Source: Candidatus Moraniibacteriota bacterium (GTDB lineage: Bacteria; Patescibacteriota; Minisyncoccia; Moranbacterales; UBA1568). From it: a stretch of DNA of 59,012 bases. Shown piece after piece: positions 39,142-49,200 of this stretch; position 1 is the stretch's first letter; the number at the start of each line of letters is the position of its first letter. The DNA lies in contig CAITOC010000012.1 of NCBI GenBank assembly GCA_903893925.1, positions 1 through 59,012 on the forward strand, read 5' to 3'. The position numbers were made by a program, and so were the translations under genes. The notes under the pieces were generated by a model. That model made no database searches, was not told the DNA's origin, and saw only the letters and a program-made list of their open reading frames with translations.

Positions 39142-40179
39142 CTACAAACGTGGAACAGAATCTCGTTCACTGTCTTTTTGATGTTTCCCGAGACCGAATG
39201 CGAGGAAAATAAATCCGGCGGCGAGAGCGATGAGAAAGAATGCTTTGCCGATCGCCGGAAGCGACAGCGCCACTAGTCCGGAAAGGATGGAAATCGCCGT
39301 GTAGGAAGTCATGATAACACGATCAGAAAGACCTGCCTGTCGCAGGCGGTCATGCAGATGACGTTCATCCCCTCCGTGAAACGGCGACTTGCCGGCGCGG
39401 ATTCGTGCCATGATCACGAAGCACGCATCGAGCACCGGCACGGACAGCACGAGTAAGGTTGTCGCGATCTTGGCGCCGGAAAAAAGCGCGAGCGCCGCCA
39501 CGCCGAAACCGAGAAAATACGCACCGGATGTCCCCGCCAGGAGCCGCGCCGGTGGTACATTGAACACGAGAAATCCAAGCGAAAGACCGGCGAAGACACA
39601 CGCGAGAATGGCAACCGTCGGCTGATTCACTTCCGGTCGAAGACTGACAAAAAACAACGTGACGAACGCCGAAAGTGATACGCCTCCCAAGAGACCATCC
39701 ACCCCGTCGGCCCAGTTCATCGCATTCATGATGAGAAGCGTGAATACGATACCGACAAAAAGACTGACCCATACGGATGTTTCGGGATACAGAAACCATG
39801 GATCACCGAACGGGTTCGTCAGCACCCATGCCCGCATACCGGAGAAAAAAATAAGTCCTGCCAGACCGATTTGGAACAATATCTGCGGCTTCCATCCGAT
39901 CGGTGTCCGGTCATCGAGTGTCCCAAAAAGGAGAACGAGACACCCTCCCGCGATCAAACCGAGAAGCGGTCCGGAAAATACGAGCTCACGATTGAAAACG
40001 ATCGCGACCAAAAACGCCCCGACCAACGCCGCTCCACCGAGCCGTGGAAGCACTTTGTGCGTACGGCCAGCCTCAATCCTCGACACAGTGAACCGCTTCC
40101 CCACGATTGGGACGATCTGAAACAACGCGACTGCGGTAAAAAACGATATCAGAAATGGGAAAAGGAATTGCTCAAGCAT
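39142..40179 (-). CDS. MraY/WecA/TagO family (GT4) polyprenyl-phosphate sugar-phosphotransferase
   Basis: PRLGG, GTLDD, NAMNWADGVDGL, FNVPPA, D.RHLH. Confidence 0.9.
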   Translation of the reverse strand: MLEQFLFPFLISFFTAVALFQIVPIVGKRFTVSRIEAGRTHKVLPRLGGAALVGAFLVAIVFNRELVFSGPLLGLIAGGCLVLLFGTLDDRTPIGWKPQILFQIGLAGLIFFSGMRAWVLTNPFGDPWFLYPETSVWVSLFVGIVFTLLIMNAMNWADGVDGLLGGVSLSAFVTLFFVSLRPEVNQPTVAILACVFAGLSLGFLVFNVPPARLLAGTSGAYFLGFGVAALALFSGAKIATTLLVLSVPVLDACFVIMARIRAGKSPFHGGDERHLHDRLRQAGLSDRVIMTSYTAISILSGLVALSLPAIGKAFFLIALAAGFIFLAFGLGKHQKDSERDSVPRL

Positions 40180-40199
40180 AGACTGTTTTGTGATTTTGT

Positions 40200-40231
40200 G
40201 GGAGTTCGACTCCCATGGGAGTCGAACTCCC
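40200..40231. repeat. REP doublet, perfect 32-bp palindrome downstream of RAYT
   Basis: GGGAGTTCGACTCCCATGGGAGTCGAACTCCC. Confidence 0.9.
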
Positions 40232-40237
40232 TTATAT

Positions 40238-40930
40238 TCAATTTTCCAATAAATATTTTTGAAAGTCCTTCTTCTCCTTAAAATAAAGCGTATTAGAATC
40301 AAGAAATTCCTTATAAGCAGATACGTCTTTAAACTGTCCAAGAATAACATCTTTGTTACAAAGAGATCCTTCCTGTCTTTCTCCTAGATAATCCGTTGCA
40401 CTACAATATGTCCACTCGCTTTCTTGATTCAATAAAGTCTTTTCTTCATCCAAATCCCCATACCCGTGAATTCGGTAATTTCTATTTACATAGACAGAAA
40501 GATGCAGAAGATACTCATTCGAATCTATGTGTATCGACTTAAACTTTCCCTGAAAGAGTGCGCCCGAACGCTCATACCGTTTATTGAAATAATTCGTGTA
40601 GCCCGTTCCGATTTTCTGCATGAACCGTTCGATACCTTTTTCCGATATCTGCTTTACGATAAGATGATAGTGGTTCGGATTTAAACAATACGCAACAATT
40701 TCAACAAGTGCTGAAAAAGGGAGTTCGACTCCCATGGGAGTCGAACTCCCTTTTTTCATCTCACGCAAACTAAGTTCATACAAACTTCCGATTGGCTCGG
40801 ACCTCTTGAACGCTTGAAGGCAAGTTAAGAATCTCCGATAATCCACCTCATCAATAAAAACTTCGCGTTTGTCGACGCCACGATTATAAACGTGATAATA
40901 TTCGCCATTAGAGAGGCTTGTCTTTCTCAT
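40238..40930 (-). mobile_element. REP-associated tyrosine (Y1/HUH) transposase, RAYT/TnpA-REP
   Basis: YYHVYNRG, AYCLNPNHYHL (HUH), YFNKRYERSGALFQGKFKS, YVNRN; AT-rich relative to neighbours; flanked by REPs. Confidence 0.9.
40714..40755. repeat. Identical REP doublet inside the RAYT reading frame (42-bp perfect palindrome)
   Basis: AAAAAGGGAGTTCGACTCCCATGGGAGTCGAACTCCCTTTTT, translated KKGSSTPMGVELPF. Confidence 0.9.
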
Positions 40931-40945
40931 ACAGATGCGTTCATA

Positions 40946-40958
40946 GGAGTCGAACTCC
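40946..40958. repeat. REP singlet upstream of RAYT
   Basis: GGAGTCGAACTCC. Confidence 0.7.
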
Positions 40959-40967
40959 TGAACCAGA

Positions 40968-42683
40968 TCACTTCCTCCGCACCTTTTCCGTCACCCAAAA
41001 TTCGCCGAAGTACTTGCCACGGAGGATGCGGGTCTGCGCGTCGAGCGCCGGGATGGCCATCAGGAGCGACACGAACGGCGCGAGGAACCACTGTGCGAAC
41101 ATGAACACCGTCTTCCACCGGCTATACCGTTTCGGCCGCTTCGGCAACATCAGAAAAGAGAGGAACACGAGCGTGACAAGTCCTCCCATGGAGAGCGTCA
41201 TGAGGACCCGGGTAACGACCGGCAGATTATGTGCGAGCACGCTCTCATTGAATACCGTCCCACCGAGAAAGAGCGGGAGCCAACCGAGAAACGACAGGAT
41301 GAGCGGGGCCGTCGCCCACGACATGTGTCCTTCGAGCGTCTCCTCGGTGACCCGAAGTTTCTTGCTGAGTGGCACCTGCTTGTCGGGCCACAGGGCACGC
41401 ATCATGACCGGGAAGTTCTCGATGCCATACGCCCACCGACGATTCTGCTTATAAGCATTGCCGAGGGTTTTCATATAGGTGTCGGCCAGTACCGCGTCGA
41501 GCGAGACCGGGAGCGGAATGAGCCGGACTTTGTAGTCGCCATGGAAATACGAGAAGGCCTTCCAGTAGATGACGGAGTCCTCGGAAATCATGTTCACCGG
41601 CCAATATCCGACGCGCACCAGTGTGTCGAACGGCTCGGAATGCGACGAGAACGTAACCATCTCGCGACGGGTCCCCTGATACATGTGCCAAAACGATGAG
41701 CCAGTCACGGTGACACGGACCAAAGCATTGGTATCCCACAGGTTATTATGATACATCGGGAGTGGCTGGTATGCACGCCTCAATCGATCCGGATCGGTGA
41801 CATAGGCGTATGCGAGGGCAGAAAAGTATTCCGGATGCGCAACCGTGTCACAATCGAAGTTCGAGAAAATAACCCGGTCATACGGGATATTTCGTTCATC
41901 GAGATAGATGCGGAGTTTCTTGGCCGCATACCCGGCATTCGACGCCTTGCACTTGAGTTCGCCCGGAGCCACTTCGTGTGTGGTCACGAGGAAATCCCGG
42001 AATATGCCATCGAACTTTTTCCGAAGGATTTCGATTTTCGGCAGTCGGGTCTCTTCCGGTTCGCGTTCCTCCGTCGCGAGAATGATAATCATCTGCGATT
42101 TCGGAAAAGTCGATTCAGCGATCGATCGTATGGCCTGTTCTATGATATCCGCGCCTTCCCCGACTGTCGGCAGAAGAACGGCATGGATGATTTCCTGATG
42201 ATCCATGATCTCTTCTTCGTGCTCCAGAAGTTCCGTGATCTCTTGGGAATGGCGGATGAGTTCTTGCCGTTCTCGACGGACGATCATCTTCTGCCGAAAA
42301 GGCATCTTCTCCTCACGGAGGACACGACGAAGGAATGCCGCCCGATCGAACAATTCCTGACGGTACCGCGTCAAATCACGGGAGCGTACCAGTCGCTCCC
42401 ACCAGTTGATTCGCATACCACGTTTGAGTCCTCGGTACGACAATACCGAAAAGAACGTCACGTATGCGGTCAGAAACAGCCAATAGATGTCGTAAATGAT
42501 GACGAAGGTAGCGGCAGCAAGCGGTGCGAGCCACGAGGCGAGCAGTATGCCGGACACCACGGACCACGAAAGTGTCCCGGGAATAATCTCGAGTGCCCGC
42601 TGGATACGCCGTTCCCGTTTATCGGTCGTCTTCGGATTAGGGAACTGGAATAACTCCTCTTTGTCGTATTTCTTATCAGGCAT
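40968..42683 (-). CDS. GT2 family membrane glycosyltransferase
   Basis: K.SN, FDCD (DxD), ISED, QNRRW (QxxRW); N- and C-terminal TMs. Confidence 0.9.
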   Translation of the reverse strand: MPDKKYDKEELFQFPNPKTTDKRERRIQRALEIIPGTLSWSVVSGILLASWLAPLAAATFVIIYDIYWLFLTAYVTFFSVLSYRGLKRGMRINWWERLVRSRDLTRYRQELFDRAAFLRRVLREEKMPFRQKMIVRRERQELIRHSQEITELLEHEEEIMDHQEIIHAVLLPTVGEGADIIEQAIRSIAESTFPKSQMIIILATEEREPEETRLPKIEILRKKFDGIFRDFLVTTHEVAPGELKCKASNAGYAAKKLRIYLDERNIPYDRVIFSNFDCDTVAHPEYFSALAYAYVTDPDRLRRAYQPLPMYHNNLWDTNALVRVTVTGSSFWHMYQGTRREMVTFSSHSEPFDTLVRVGYWPVNMISEDSVIYWKAFSYFHGDYKVRLIPLPVSLDAVLADTYMKTLGNAYKQNRRWAYGIENFPVMMRALWPDKQVPLSKKLRVTEETLEGHMSWATAPLILSFLGWLPLFLGGTVFNESVLAHNLPVVTRVLMTLSMGGLVTLVFLSFLMLPKRPKRYSRWKTVFMFAQWFLAPFVSLLMAIPALDAQTRILRGKYFGEFWVTEKVRRK

Positions 42684-42692
42684 GATTTCGGG

Positions 42693-43145
42693 TCAGGAAT
42701 TGATAAATGAGAGCGCCGCCGTCACCACACCCGCGGAGAGCGTTGCGAGAAACGCCGCAAACAGCAGGATATGCGCTGCGACACGCTCCCGTACGGCATA
42801 GAACCGGGAGGCGAGCATGACGTTTAGCAACAAAAATGAGAGTGCCGTCGCGGGAATAAGGAGTGCCTGCCAAGGACTTCCCACGATATCGACACCGAAA
42901 TAGACATTGAAATGAAGGACGATGGTAGCCCCCGCTCCACGAATGATGAAGACAATGACTGCGAGAAATGAGAGGACAATGATGGACAACGATGCGATGA
43001 GAAGGGTTCTGACGAGCGGGTTCTCAAAAAACGTCATCCCATCGTCAGCGTCGTCGACAACTACCACACCCGCATCGTCCACCGACACTGAACGATCGCG
43101 AGGTGCGCCGGCATCACGTTTTTTCCAAAAAGGAAGGTACTTCAT
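42693..43145 (-). CDS. Membrane hypothetical protein
   Basis: Three TMs, [15 protein letters not shown] motif; overlaps rmuC stop (ATGA). Confidence 0.75.
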   Translation of the reverse strand: MKYLPFWKKRDAGAPRDRSVSVDDAGVVVVDDADDGMTFFENPLVRTLLIASLSIIVLSFLAVIVFIIRGAGATIVLHFNVYFGVDIVGSPWQALLIPATALSFLLLNVMLASRFYAVRERVAAHILLFAAFLATLSAGVVTAALSFINS

Positions 43146-44263
43146 ACGGATGATGGTTCCACGGATTCCGGAAGTTCCACTTCGGACGGGAGTAATTCGC
43201 TCCCTTCCACTTCGACGATATCGGACGAGGACCGGACCCGATCGAGCTGATCAGCCACCTTGCCGAGTCTTTTCTCGGCATCGTCGTATTTTTTGTGTGC
43301 GCTTCCGATATGTCCGCCAAGCACTTCGAACTCGCGCAGGAATTTGCCGTGCTCGACGGACAGTTTCCCGAGCTGACCCATGATCTCCTTGGCGCGCTTC
43401 TCGATCTGCATCCCCTGGAGTCCGATGGCGATCGTCTGCAGATACGAATAAAACGAGTTGGGCGACACCGGGATGACCCGCTTGCCGAAAAAGTATTCGG
43501 AAAGTCCGGTCCCGTCCTCGTCCTTGATGATGATCTCGTAGTAGATGTTCTCTGCCGGAATATACATGAGCGCGAAACCGAGCGTCCCCTCCTCGGGCAG
43601 GATATACTTCGATGCGATGGAGTCGGCGTGCTTTTTCACGTCGGAGACGAATTGTCGACGAGCGGCACGACGCTCATCGTCGCCTTTGGCCTCGATCATG
43701 CGCTTGAAGTTCTCGAGCGGGAACTTGGAATCGACACTGATGAGTCCGCCCTTGAGCCGGATAACGGCATCCACCGCCTCGCCACTCTTGAAACCGTACT
43801 GGAGCTCGAAGTGTTCCTTGGGTAGCATCTGCGACAGCAGATTCCCGAGCATAAGCTCGCCGAACCCGCCACGCATCTTGGGCGCTCGCAGGATTTCTTG
43901 AAGCGACGACACTTCCTTACCGACCTCGAAAATCTGTTTGTTGGACTCGCGGACTTCGGCAAGCGCCGCGCGGACTTCGGCAAACGACCGTGATGCGCCG
44001 TCGAGTCGGGAATCGAGACGTTTGGTATTTTCCCCAAGTCGTCGGTCAAGCGCCGTATTGAGCGTTCCGATCTGTCCCGCTACCGAAGAAGAGAACTGGT
44101 GCATTTCTTGGCTCAGACGTCGATCGAGATTTTCCATCCGGTCAAGCATGAGTTTGCGATCCTCTTCCGTACGTTGAGAAGATGTCTTTGCCGCGTTCAT
44201 GACAAAAACCGCCGCGGTCGCGACGATGACGAGTACGATGGCGATGATGATGATTGACGACAT
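43142..44263 (-). CDS. rmuC: DNA recombination protein RmuC
   Basis: [33 protein letters not shown]. Confidence 0.92.
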   Translation of the reverse strand: MSSIIIIAIVLVIVATAAVFVMNAAKTSSQRTEEDRKLMLDRMENLDRRLSQEMHQFSSSVAGQIGTLNTALDRRLGENTKRLDSRLDGASRSFAEVRAALAEVRESNKQIFEVGKEVSSLQEILRAPKMRGGFGELMLGNLLSQMLPKEHFELQYGFKSGEAVDAVIRLKGGLISVDSKFPLENFKRMIEAKGDDERRAARRQFVSDVKKHADSIASKYILPEEGTLGFALMYIPAENIYYEIIIKDEDGTGLSEYFFGKRVIPVSPNSFYSYLQTIAIGLQGMQIEKRAKEIMGQLGKLSVEHGKFLREFEVLGGHIGSAHKKYDDAEKRLGKVADQLDRVRSSSDIVEVEGSELLPSEVELPESVEPSSV

Positions 44264-44319
44264 ACGTACCTGTTCAATATCCCCACTCGTCGGCAAAAAA
44301 CGACGGACGTCCCGAGAGA

Positions 44320-44925
44320 CTACTTCTTGAGTCCGGCGATGAAGCGCTTGATCTCGGGCACGCGGTTCTGGACTTCCTGGTACGGCCCTTCGAGAAACTC
44401 GATCAGGAACCGGTCAAGCATATTGAGACGATAGTGAAGCTCATCGGTATTCATGAGGACGAACCGGATTTCCCGGCCGATTTCCGCCTCCAATTTTTCC
44501 ATGGCCGACTTGAGCCGGAGTCGGTGTGCGCTGTTGATGACCAGGATCATATCGGCCTTGCTCTTGGCGTGATTCAAAAAGAGCCCGCTGATCAGGATAA
44601 GCTTCACATCACCTGCGCTCTGCAACTTCTGGAACATCCGGTGCGACACGCCTACATTCGATTTGAGCACGAGACTGCTGAGTTCCGGGAAAAATGGGAA
44701 GTCGGGACGCATCTGGTACATCTTCACCTTCTTGCGAGAACGCTCGCGCAGGAATCCCATCTTTTCCAGACGGAGAATCTCGCGAGACACTTCCACCCTC
44801 GGCAGAAGCGTCTTTGTAGCGACATCGGCGGTCGAATATTCACCCTCCGGATTCAGTACGAACAGCCGGATAAGACGGGCCCGGACTTGGGAGCCGAACA
44901 GGGATTCAAACAGGGAAAAAGACAT
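44320..44925 (-). CDS. wHTH protein with degenerate nucleotidyltransferase-like C-terminus
   Basis: [42 protein letters not shown]. Confidence 0.7.
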   Translation of the reverse strand: MSFSLFESLFGSQVRARLIRLFVLNPEGEYSTADVATKTLLPRVEVSREILRLEKMGFLRERSRKKVKMYQMRPDFPFFPELSSLVLKSNVGVSHRMFQKLQSAGDVKLILISGLFLNHAKSKADMILVINSAHRLRLKSAMEKLEAEIGREIRFVLMNTDELHYRLNMLDRFLIEFLEGPYQEVQNRVPEIKRFIAGLKK

Positions 44926-45054
44926 AGACTCGAAAAGTAACGGCGAACCCCCTCTCACCCTACTGTACCCGAGTGCCGACCGGAAGTCAAAAGCGCCCTA
45001 TGAAGAGCACCCTACGCGGTTAAGCCATATCCGTGCTATACTGAAAGGGTCAAT

Positions 45055-47541
45055 ATGACAGAGAAAAAACACGGCGCTCCCGAGCCGATTCCGGGTGTCA
45101 AGGTGATCGCGACCGAGATTTCGGTCGCCAGGAACCGGTCCGTCGAACCGTACATCAAAACGTTCGCCTTCTCCCCCGAAAACGTGACCCAAGAAATTCT
45201 GGGAGCACTCGTCGGGGCGTTTTCCGTTTCCGACCGATCCGAGGCATCGGCCTATACCGTGAACGTGATCGCTTCCGTCGCCCGCAAAGAATACTATGCC
45301 AATCCCCGCCGGGGAGCGATCGAGAGTTTCGAATCGACACTGCACCGGATCAATCTCGCGCTCTCCGAACTCGTAAAGAACGGCCAGACGTCGTGGATGG
45401 GGAGCCTGCACGGCACCATCGCGGTCGTCGACAAAGAAAACCTCCACTTTTCAGCGACCGGAGAAGGAAAGATTCTCCTCTTCCGAGAAGGTTCCTTGTC
45501 GGATATCGGAGACGGCCTCGCCTCGAAAGAAGCCGCCAGTCATCCTCTCAAGACCTTCCTCGAAATATCGAGTGGCCAACTTGTCCCGAACGACTGCGTG
45601 TTGCTTGCGACACCGGAACCGCTCGAACTGTTCTCCCCGCGAGACCTGGAGCGCGATGCGAACCGGTTGCTTCCGGAGCGGAAATTCATACGATTCCTCG
45701 AGACCGCGATGATAAACGACCTCCGTACCGGAGCGATCGTCGTGCTCGACGCACGCGAAGCCGAACCGACACCGGAGATCGATACGCCGGAGAAACCGAA
45801 ACGGAAACGTACCGTCAAACCGGAACCGGTCAATGCCTGGAGCGAGGAGACCTTCCGCAAGGCCGCCGAGGAACGGACCAAAGCCGTCCTCGACTCCTAC
45901 GATTCCGAAGAGGTGACCATCGTTTCCGACCACATGGAAAACAGGCCGCCGTCCTCAAGCGAGATCCGTATCCAAGGCGAGGTACTCGAGAATGTCGATG
46001 AACATCCGATGATCACCAAGGCCCGCTGGATATACGAGGATGCGGTGCATTCGTTCCGAAGCGGTATCGCCCGATCGATTCGAGATACGCGACGAAGGCG
46101 CGCTGAGGCACTCGACACACTCTCGACCGCCTCTCCTAATACGGATAATACCGAGACATCAGCCGAGCCGTCCGTCCAGATCGAGCTGACCGAAACGACG
46201 GAAGTACTGATAAAAGAAAGTTCCGCACCACAAGAAACGTCTTCAGACGGGCATCCGTCGGCATTTTCAGAAACCACGTCGCAACCGACATTCGAAGAAA
46301 CGACGAAAGAAACCGTGTTCCTGGAAATCACCGACATTCCCGCCCGACGTGAAGAACGCTCACAAGACGAACCGAGACGTAAGGTCGCCTCATCATTTGC
46401 ATCGCAGAGCTTTTCCGAACGAAGTGCGCATGTCGCGAAACTGCTTAATAAGTGTCTTTCAATCGCCACGGACAAGACCGGGGAATTCCTTTCAGCATAC
46501 GCGATACCGGCGACCAAAACGACGTTCCGGTTCCTCGGCCATGTCACTGGCATCGTCGCCAAAAAAATCGGCGCAGGCATCGTCTTCCTGTGGAGACGAT
46601 TCCTCTCCTTCCCTCCGAAGCGCCAGCTCCTGATCGCCACATTCATTGCATTTCTCCTCACCGTCTTTGGTACGGTCGTATGGAAAAGCATGCCCGAAAA
46701 AAAACCGGTCGCCCTCCCTCCGGTCATCGTCGAGACACCCGTCGTCGCCCCCTTCCCACCGATAAACGAGAAGAATGCCTCGCATGCCACTGTTTCACCA
46801 CTTTCCGCGACGAACCAAGATATCGTCACGCCGATCTTTCTCAAAAATTCGCTCTATCTCGTGACCAAGACCGGTGTCGTCGATACCGCGACCGGTACCT
46901 CATATCCCCTTCCGAAAAATTCGGGTACCGTCCACCTCGCATCCGGCATGAAAGACCTCGGATTCATCTTCCTCCTCACGGAACAGGGAGATCTCTATTC
47001 GTTCGCGGTTTCGAATCATGCTTTCGTCAAAAACACGATCCCTTTCCCTACCGGGTTCAAAGCCGTATCGATAGGAAGCTACCTCACCTATCTCTACTTC
47101 CTCGAAGCCGGCACCGGCAAGGTCTACCGGTATCCGCGGGCTGATAACGGCTTCGGCACGGGCGTACTGTGGACCAAAACCGCGATGTCCCCGAGTACCC
47201 ATGCCATCTCGGTCAGCGAAAATATCTACGGCACCGACGGATCGACCCTCACCTCGTTCCTCAAAGGGAAACCGTCCGGCGGATTCTCCCCCGAAAATCC
47301 GACTTCGCTACTCACGATTACCGCCATCTGCGCGAATCCCGACCTCGCCGATCGGATCGCGATACTCGACGCACCCGCGAAACGACTTATCATCGATAGC
47401 GGCAATGGCATGATCGTTTCCCAACTCTTCGACGAATCCCTCGCCTCGGCGACGTCTTGTGCGATCAACCAGGACGGTTCTTCCGTCGCCGTCTCCGGCG
47501 GTACCACGGCTGAAACGCTTCGCATCGAAACGAACAGATGA
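45055..47541 (+). CDS. Membrane-anchored protein: PP2C-like N-terminal fold, acidic linker, TM, beta-rich C-terminus
   Basis: 828-aa ORF; ATGEGKILLFREG, SSGQL..D.VLLAT; single TM; beta-strand-rich tail. Confidence 0.65.
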   Translation: MTEKKHGAPEPIPGVKVIATEISVARNRSVEPYIKTFAFSPENVTQEILGALVGAFSVSDRSEASAYTVNVIASVARKEYYANPRRGAIESFESTLHRINLALSELVKNGQTSWMGSLHGTIAVVDKENLHFSATGEGKILLFREGSLSDIGDGLASKEAASHPLKTFLEISSGQLVPNDCVLLATPEPLELFSPRDLERDANRLLPERKFIRFLETAMINDLRTGAIVVLDAREAEPTPEIDTPEKPKRKRTVKPEPVNAWSEETFRKAAEERTKAVLDSYDSEEVTIVSDHMENRPPSSSEIRIQGEVLENVDEHPMITKARWIYEDAVHSFRSGIARSIRDTRRRRAEALDTLSTASPNTDNTETSAEPSVQIELTETTEVLIKESSAPQETSSDGHPSAFSETTSQPTFEETTKETVFLEITDIPARREERSQDEPRRKVASSFASQSFSERSAHVAKLLNKCLSIATDKTGEFLSAYAIPATKTTFRFLGHVTGIVAKKIGAGIVFLWRRFLSFPPKRQLLIATFIAFLLTVFGTVVWKSMPEKKPVALPPVIVETPVVAPFPPINEKNASHATVSPLSATNQDIVTPIFLKNSLYLVTKTGVVDTATGTSYPLPKNSGTVHLASGMKDLGFIFLLTEQGDLYSFAVSNHAFVKNTIPFPTGFKAVSIGSYLTYLYFLEAGTGKVYRYPRADNGFGTGVLWTKTAMSPSTHAISVSENIYGTDGSTLTSFLKGKPSGGFSPENPTSLLTITAICANPDLADRIAILDAPAKRLIIDSGNGMIVSQLFDESLASATSCAINQDGSSVAVSGGTTAETLRIETNR

Positions 47542-47572
47542 TCTCGATAGGATGGATCGTTCTCAATAAATC

Positions 47573-47676
47573 ATACCAAACGAACTGAATCACTGTTACG
47601 TTCAGGAGTTCGCCCCGGCATTCGCGGGGCGAACTCTTCTGGTAGCGATAGACAACACATCAAGTTGTCTCGGTAT
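47573..47676 (-). mobile_element. 104-bp MITE/REPIN-like element, copy C (inverted)
   Basis: Reverse complement of copy B; ends TCATACC/GGTATGA. Confidence 0.78.
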
Positions 47677-47829
47677 GAGAAATGGAAAACGAGTACTGGA
47701 ATGAGTGATGAATCGAGTATGAATGAATTATTTATTTCAGATTTACGTATAACTGAGTATATCGTGGTGAGATTTGAGATAGATACTTAGCATACGCTCT
47801 CCCGAGCGCTAAAGAAGTTCGGCCATATC

Positions 47830-48011
47830 AAAAGAACGCCTGGCGGGTGCCGAGGCGTTCTTGTTTCCGCAAAAGAAAATCGGGAGCCTGATTTCCGGAT
47901 GGAGCTCGGAATCCGCGGGCAAGCCCGTTTCATCCGTTTTACCTCGGCCGGCGTAGGAGGGGTGACCGGCTTTCAGCCTCCAGCCGGAAATCAGGATCCC
48001 GACTTCAAACT
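47830..48011 (-). ncRNA. Candidate ~180-nt structured ncRNA (possibly divergent 6S RNA)
   Basis: Promoter TTGACT (48046-48041)-N17-TACCAT (48023-48018); ~28-bp closing stem 47877-47904 with 47978-48005; terminator 47830-47862; no convincing ORF. Confidence 0.55.
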
Positions 48012-48058
48012 CTTTCCATGGTAGCGGTCCCAGACGGATCAGTCAAGGGAGAGGATTG

Positions 48059-48721
48059 CTATTTTTTCACTTCCTCGACCGGCTCTTCAGCCGGCTTGCC
48101 AGCCTTCTCGACCTTGGTCACGTCGGCCTCGACCTTCTCGTCGAGTTCGGCCATCTGCGCCTCGGTACGCGGTGCCTCGACAAGCGCGATAACCGTATCC
48201 GCATCACCCTCAATCGTCACACCCTTCGGCAACACGATGTCCCCGACCTTGATCACATCATCGAATGTCTTCAGCAATCCGAGGTCGATTTCGAGCGTAT
48301 GAGGAAGGTCGGCCGGAAGTGCCGTGACATCCACTTCGTCGCTCGCCTTGATGAGCACGCCACCAAGCTCGGCGACCGCTGGAGACACGCCGACAAACGC
48401 AAACGGAACGGTCGCTTCGATTGCCTCGTCCATGCGGACCTGGAAAAAATCAGCATGCGTATACCGGTTCGTCAGAGGATGCATCTGTGTCTCCTTGACC
48501 AAGACGTTCACCGGTTTGCCACCATCGACGGACAGTGCGATGATCGTGTTCTCGCCTGCAATCTTGAAAGCCCGTGCAAAATCGCGACTCTCGAGCGCGA
48601 TGTTCTTCGGATCGATGCCGCGACCGAAGAGGGTCGCCGGGATGGAGCCACCGTTTCGCAGGGTCTGCAGTTTGTGTCCCGCCTCGCGGACGGTCGCCTT
48701 CAGTGTGATGATGTCGGACAT
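48059..48721 (-). CDS. rplY: 50S ribosomal protein L25 (long CTC/TL5 type)
   Basis: LR..GSIPATLFG, QMHPLT...HADF, LPADLP..LEID. Confidence 0.93.
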   Translation of the reverse strand: MSDIITLKATVREAGHKLQTLRNGGSIPATLFGRGIDPKNIALESRDFARAFKIAGENTIIALSVDGGKPVNVLVKETQMHPLTNRYTHADFFQVRMDEAIEATVPFAFVGVSPAVAELGGVLIKASDEVDVTALPADLPHTLEIDLGLLKTFDDVIKVGDIVLPKGVTIEGDADTVIALVEAPRTEAQMAELDEKVEADVTKVEKAGKPAEEPVEEVKK

Positions 48722-48761
48722 AGTCTTGAATATGAATCGATATTATACTTCCGATGGAAAA

Positions 48762-49094
48762 TCAGTGTTTTTCCGGGAAACAATCCCTTGCCCCACCGTG
48801 GAACCCTTTGAGGAACCGGTGTGCGGAAAGCGTATCGTCGGTCGAAACCGGCTCGCTCCCGTAGAATTTCCGGACCTCCTCGCGGGAAAGATCGGTCAGC
48901 AACCCGAAGCTCGCCGCGCCCATCTTCCCGAGTGAAACGAAGACAAGCGAAGAAATGCCGCACGATTCGCAGGCGATATGCAACACCGTCTTGCGGTCAT
49001 CCTCCGACAAGAGTACGACCTTGCCCGGATCGTATTTCTTCTGGCAGACCGGGCAACGAAGGAGTGGCTTCAGGTTTTCCAGAGAATGTCCCAT
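48762..49094 (-). CDS. Conserved hypothetical zinc-ribbon protein
   Basis: CPVC..HIACESC, LTDLS.EEV.KF, VSTDD. Confidence 0.75.
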   Translation of the reverse strand: MGHSLENLKPLLRCPVCQKKYDPGKVVLLSEDDRKTVLHIACESCGISSLVFVSLGKMGAASFGLLTDLSREEVRKFYGSEPVSTDDTLSAHRFLKGFHGGARDCFPEKH

Positions 49095-49200
49095 AGCCTT
49101 CGGAAAAATTGCAAAAAAAGAACCTCGGAAAACGTTCCATGATGATAACACGGCGCCATCCGCTCGTCAATCCCGATCAGAAACGTCAAAAAACGGAACC

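Noticed and set aside
40200..40231. tRNA fragment (GTTCGA T-loop-like) or att site
   Set aside because: No cloverleaf; fully explained as a REP palindrome beside the RAYT
47877..48005. SRP RNA or hammerhead ribozyme
   Set aside because: Lacks the SRP helix-8 GGAA-loop motif and the CUGAUGA hammerhead core
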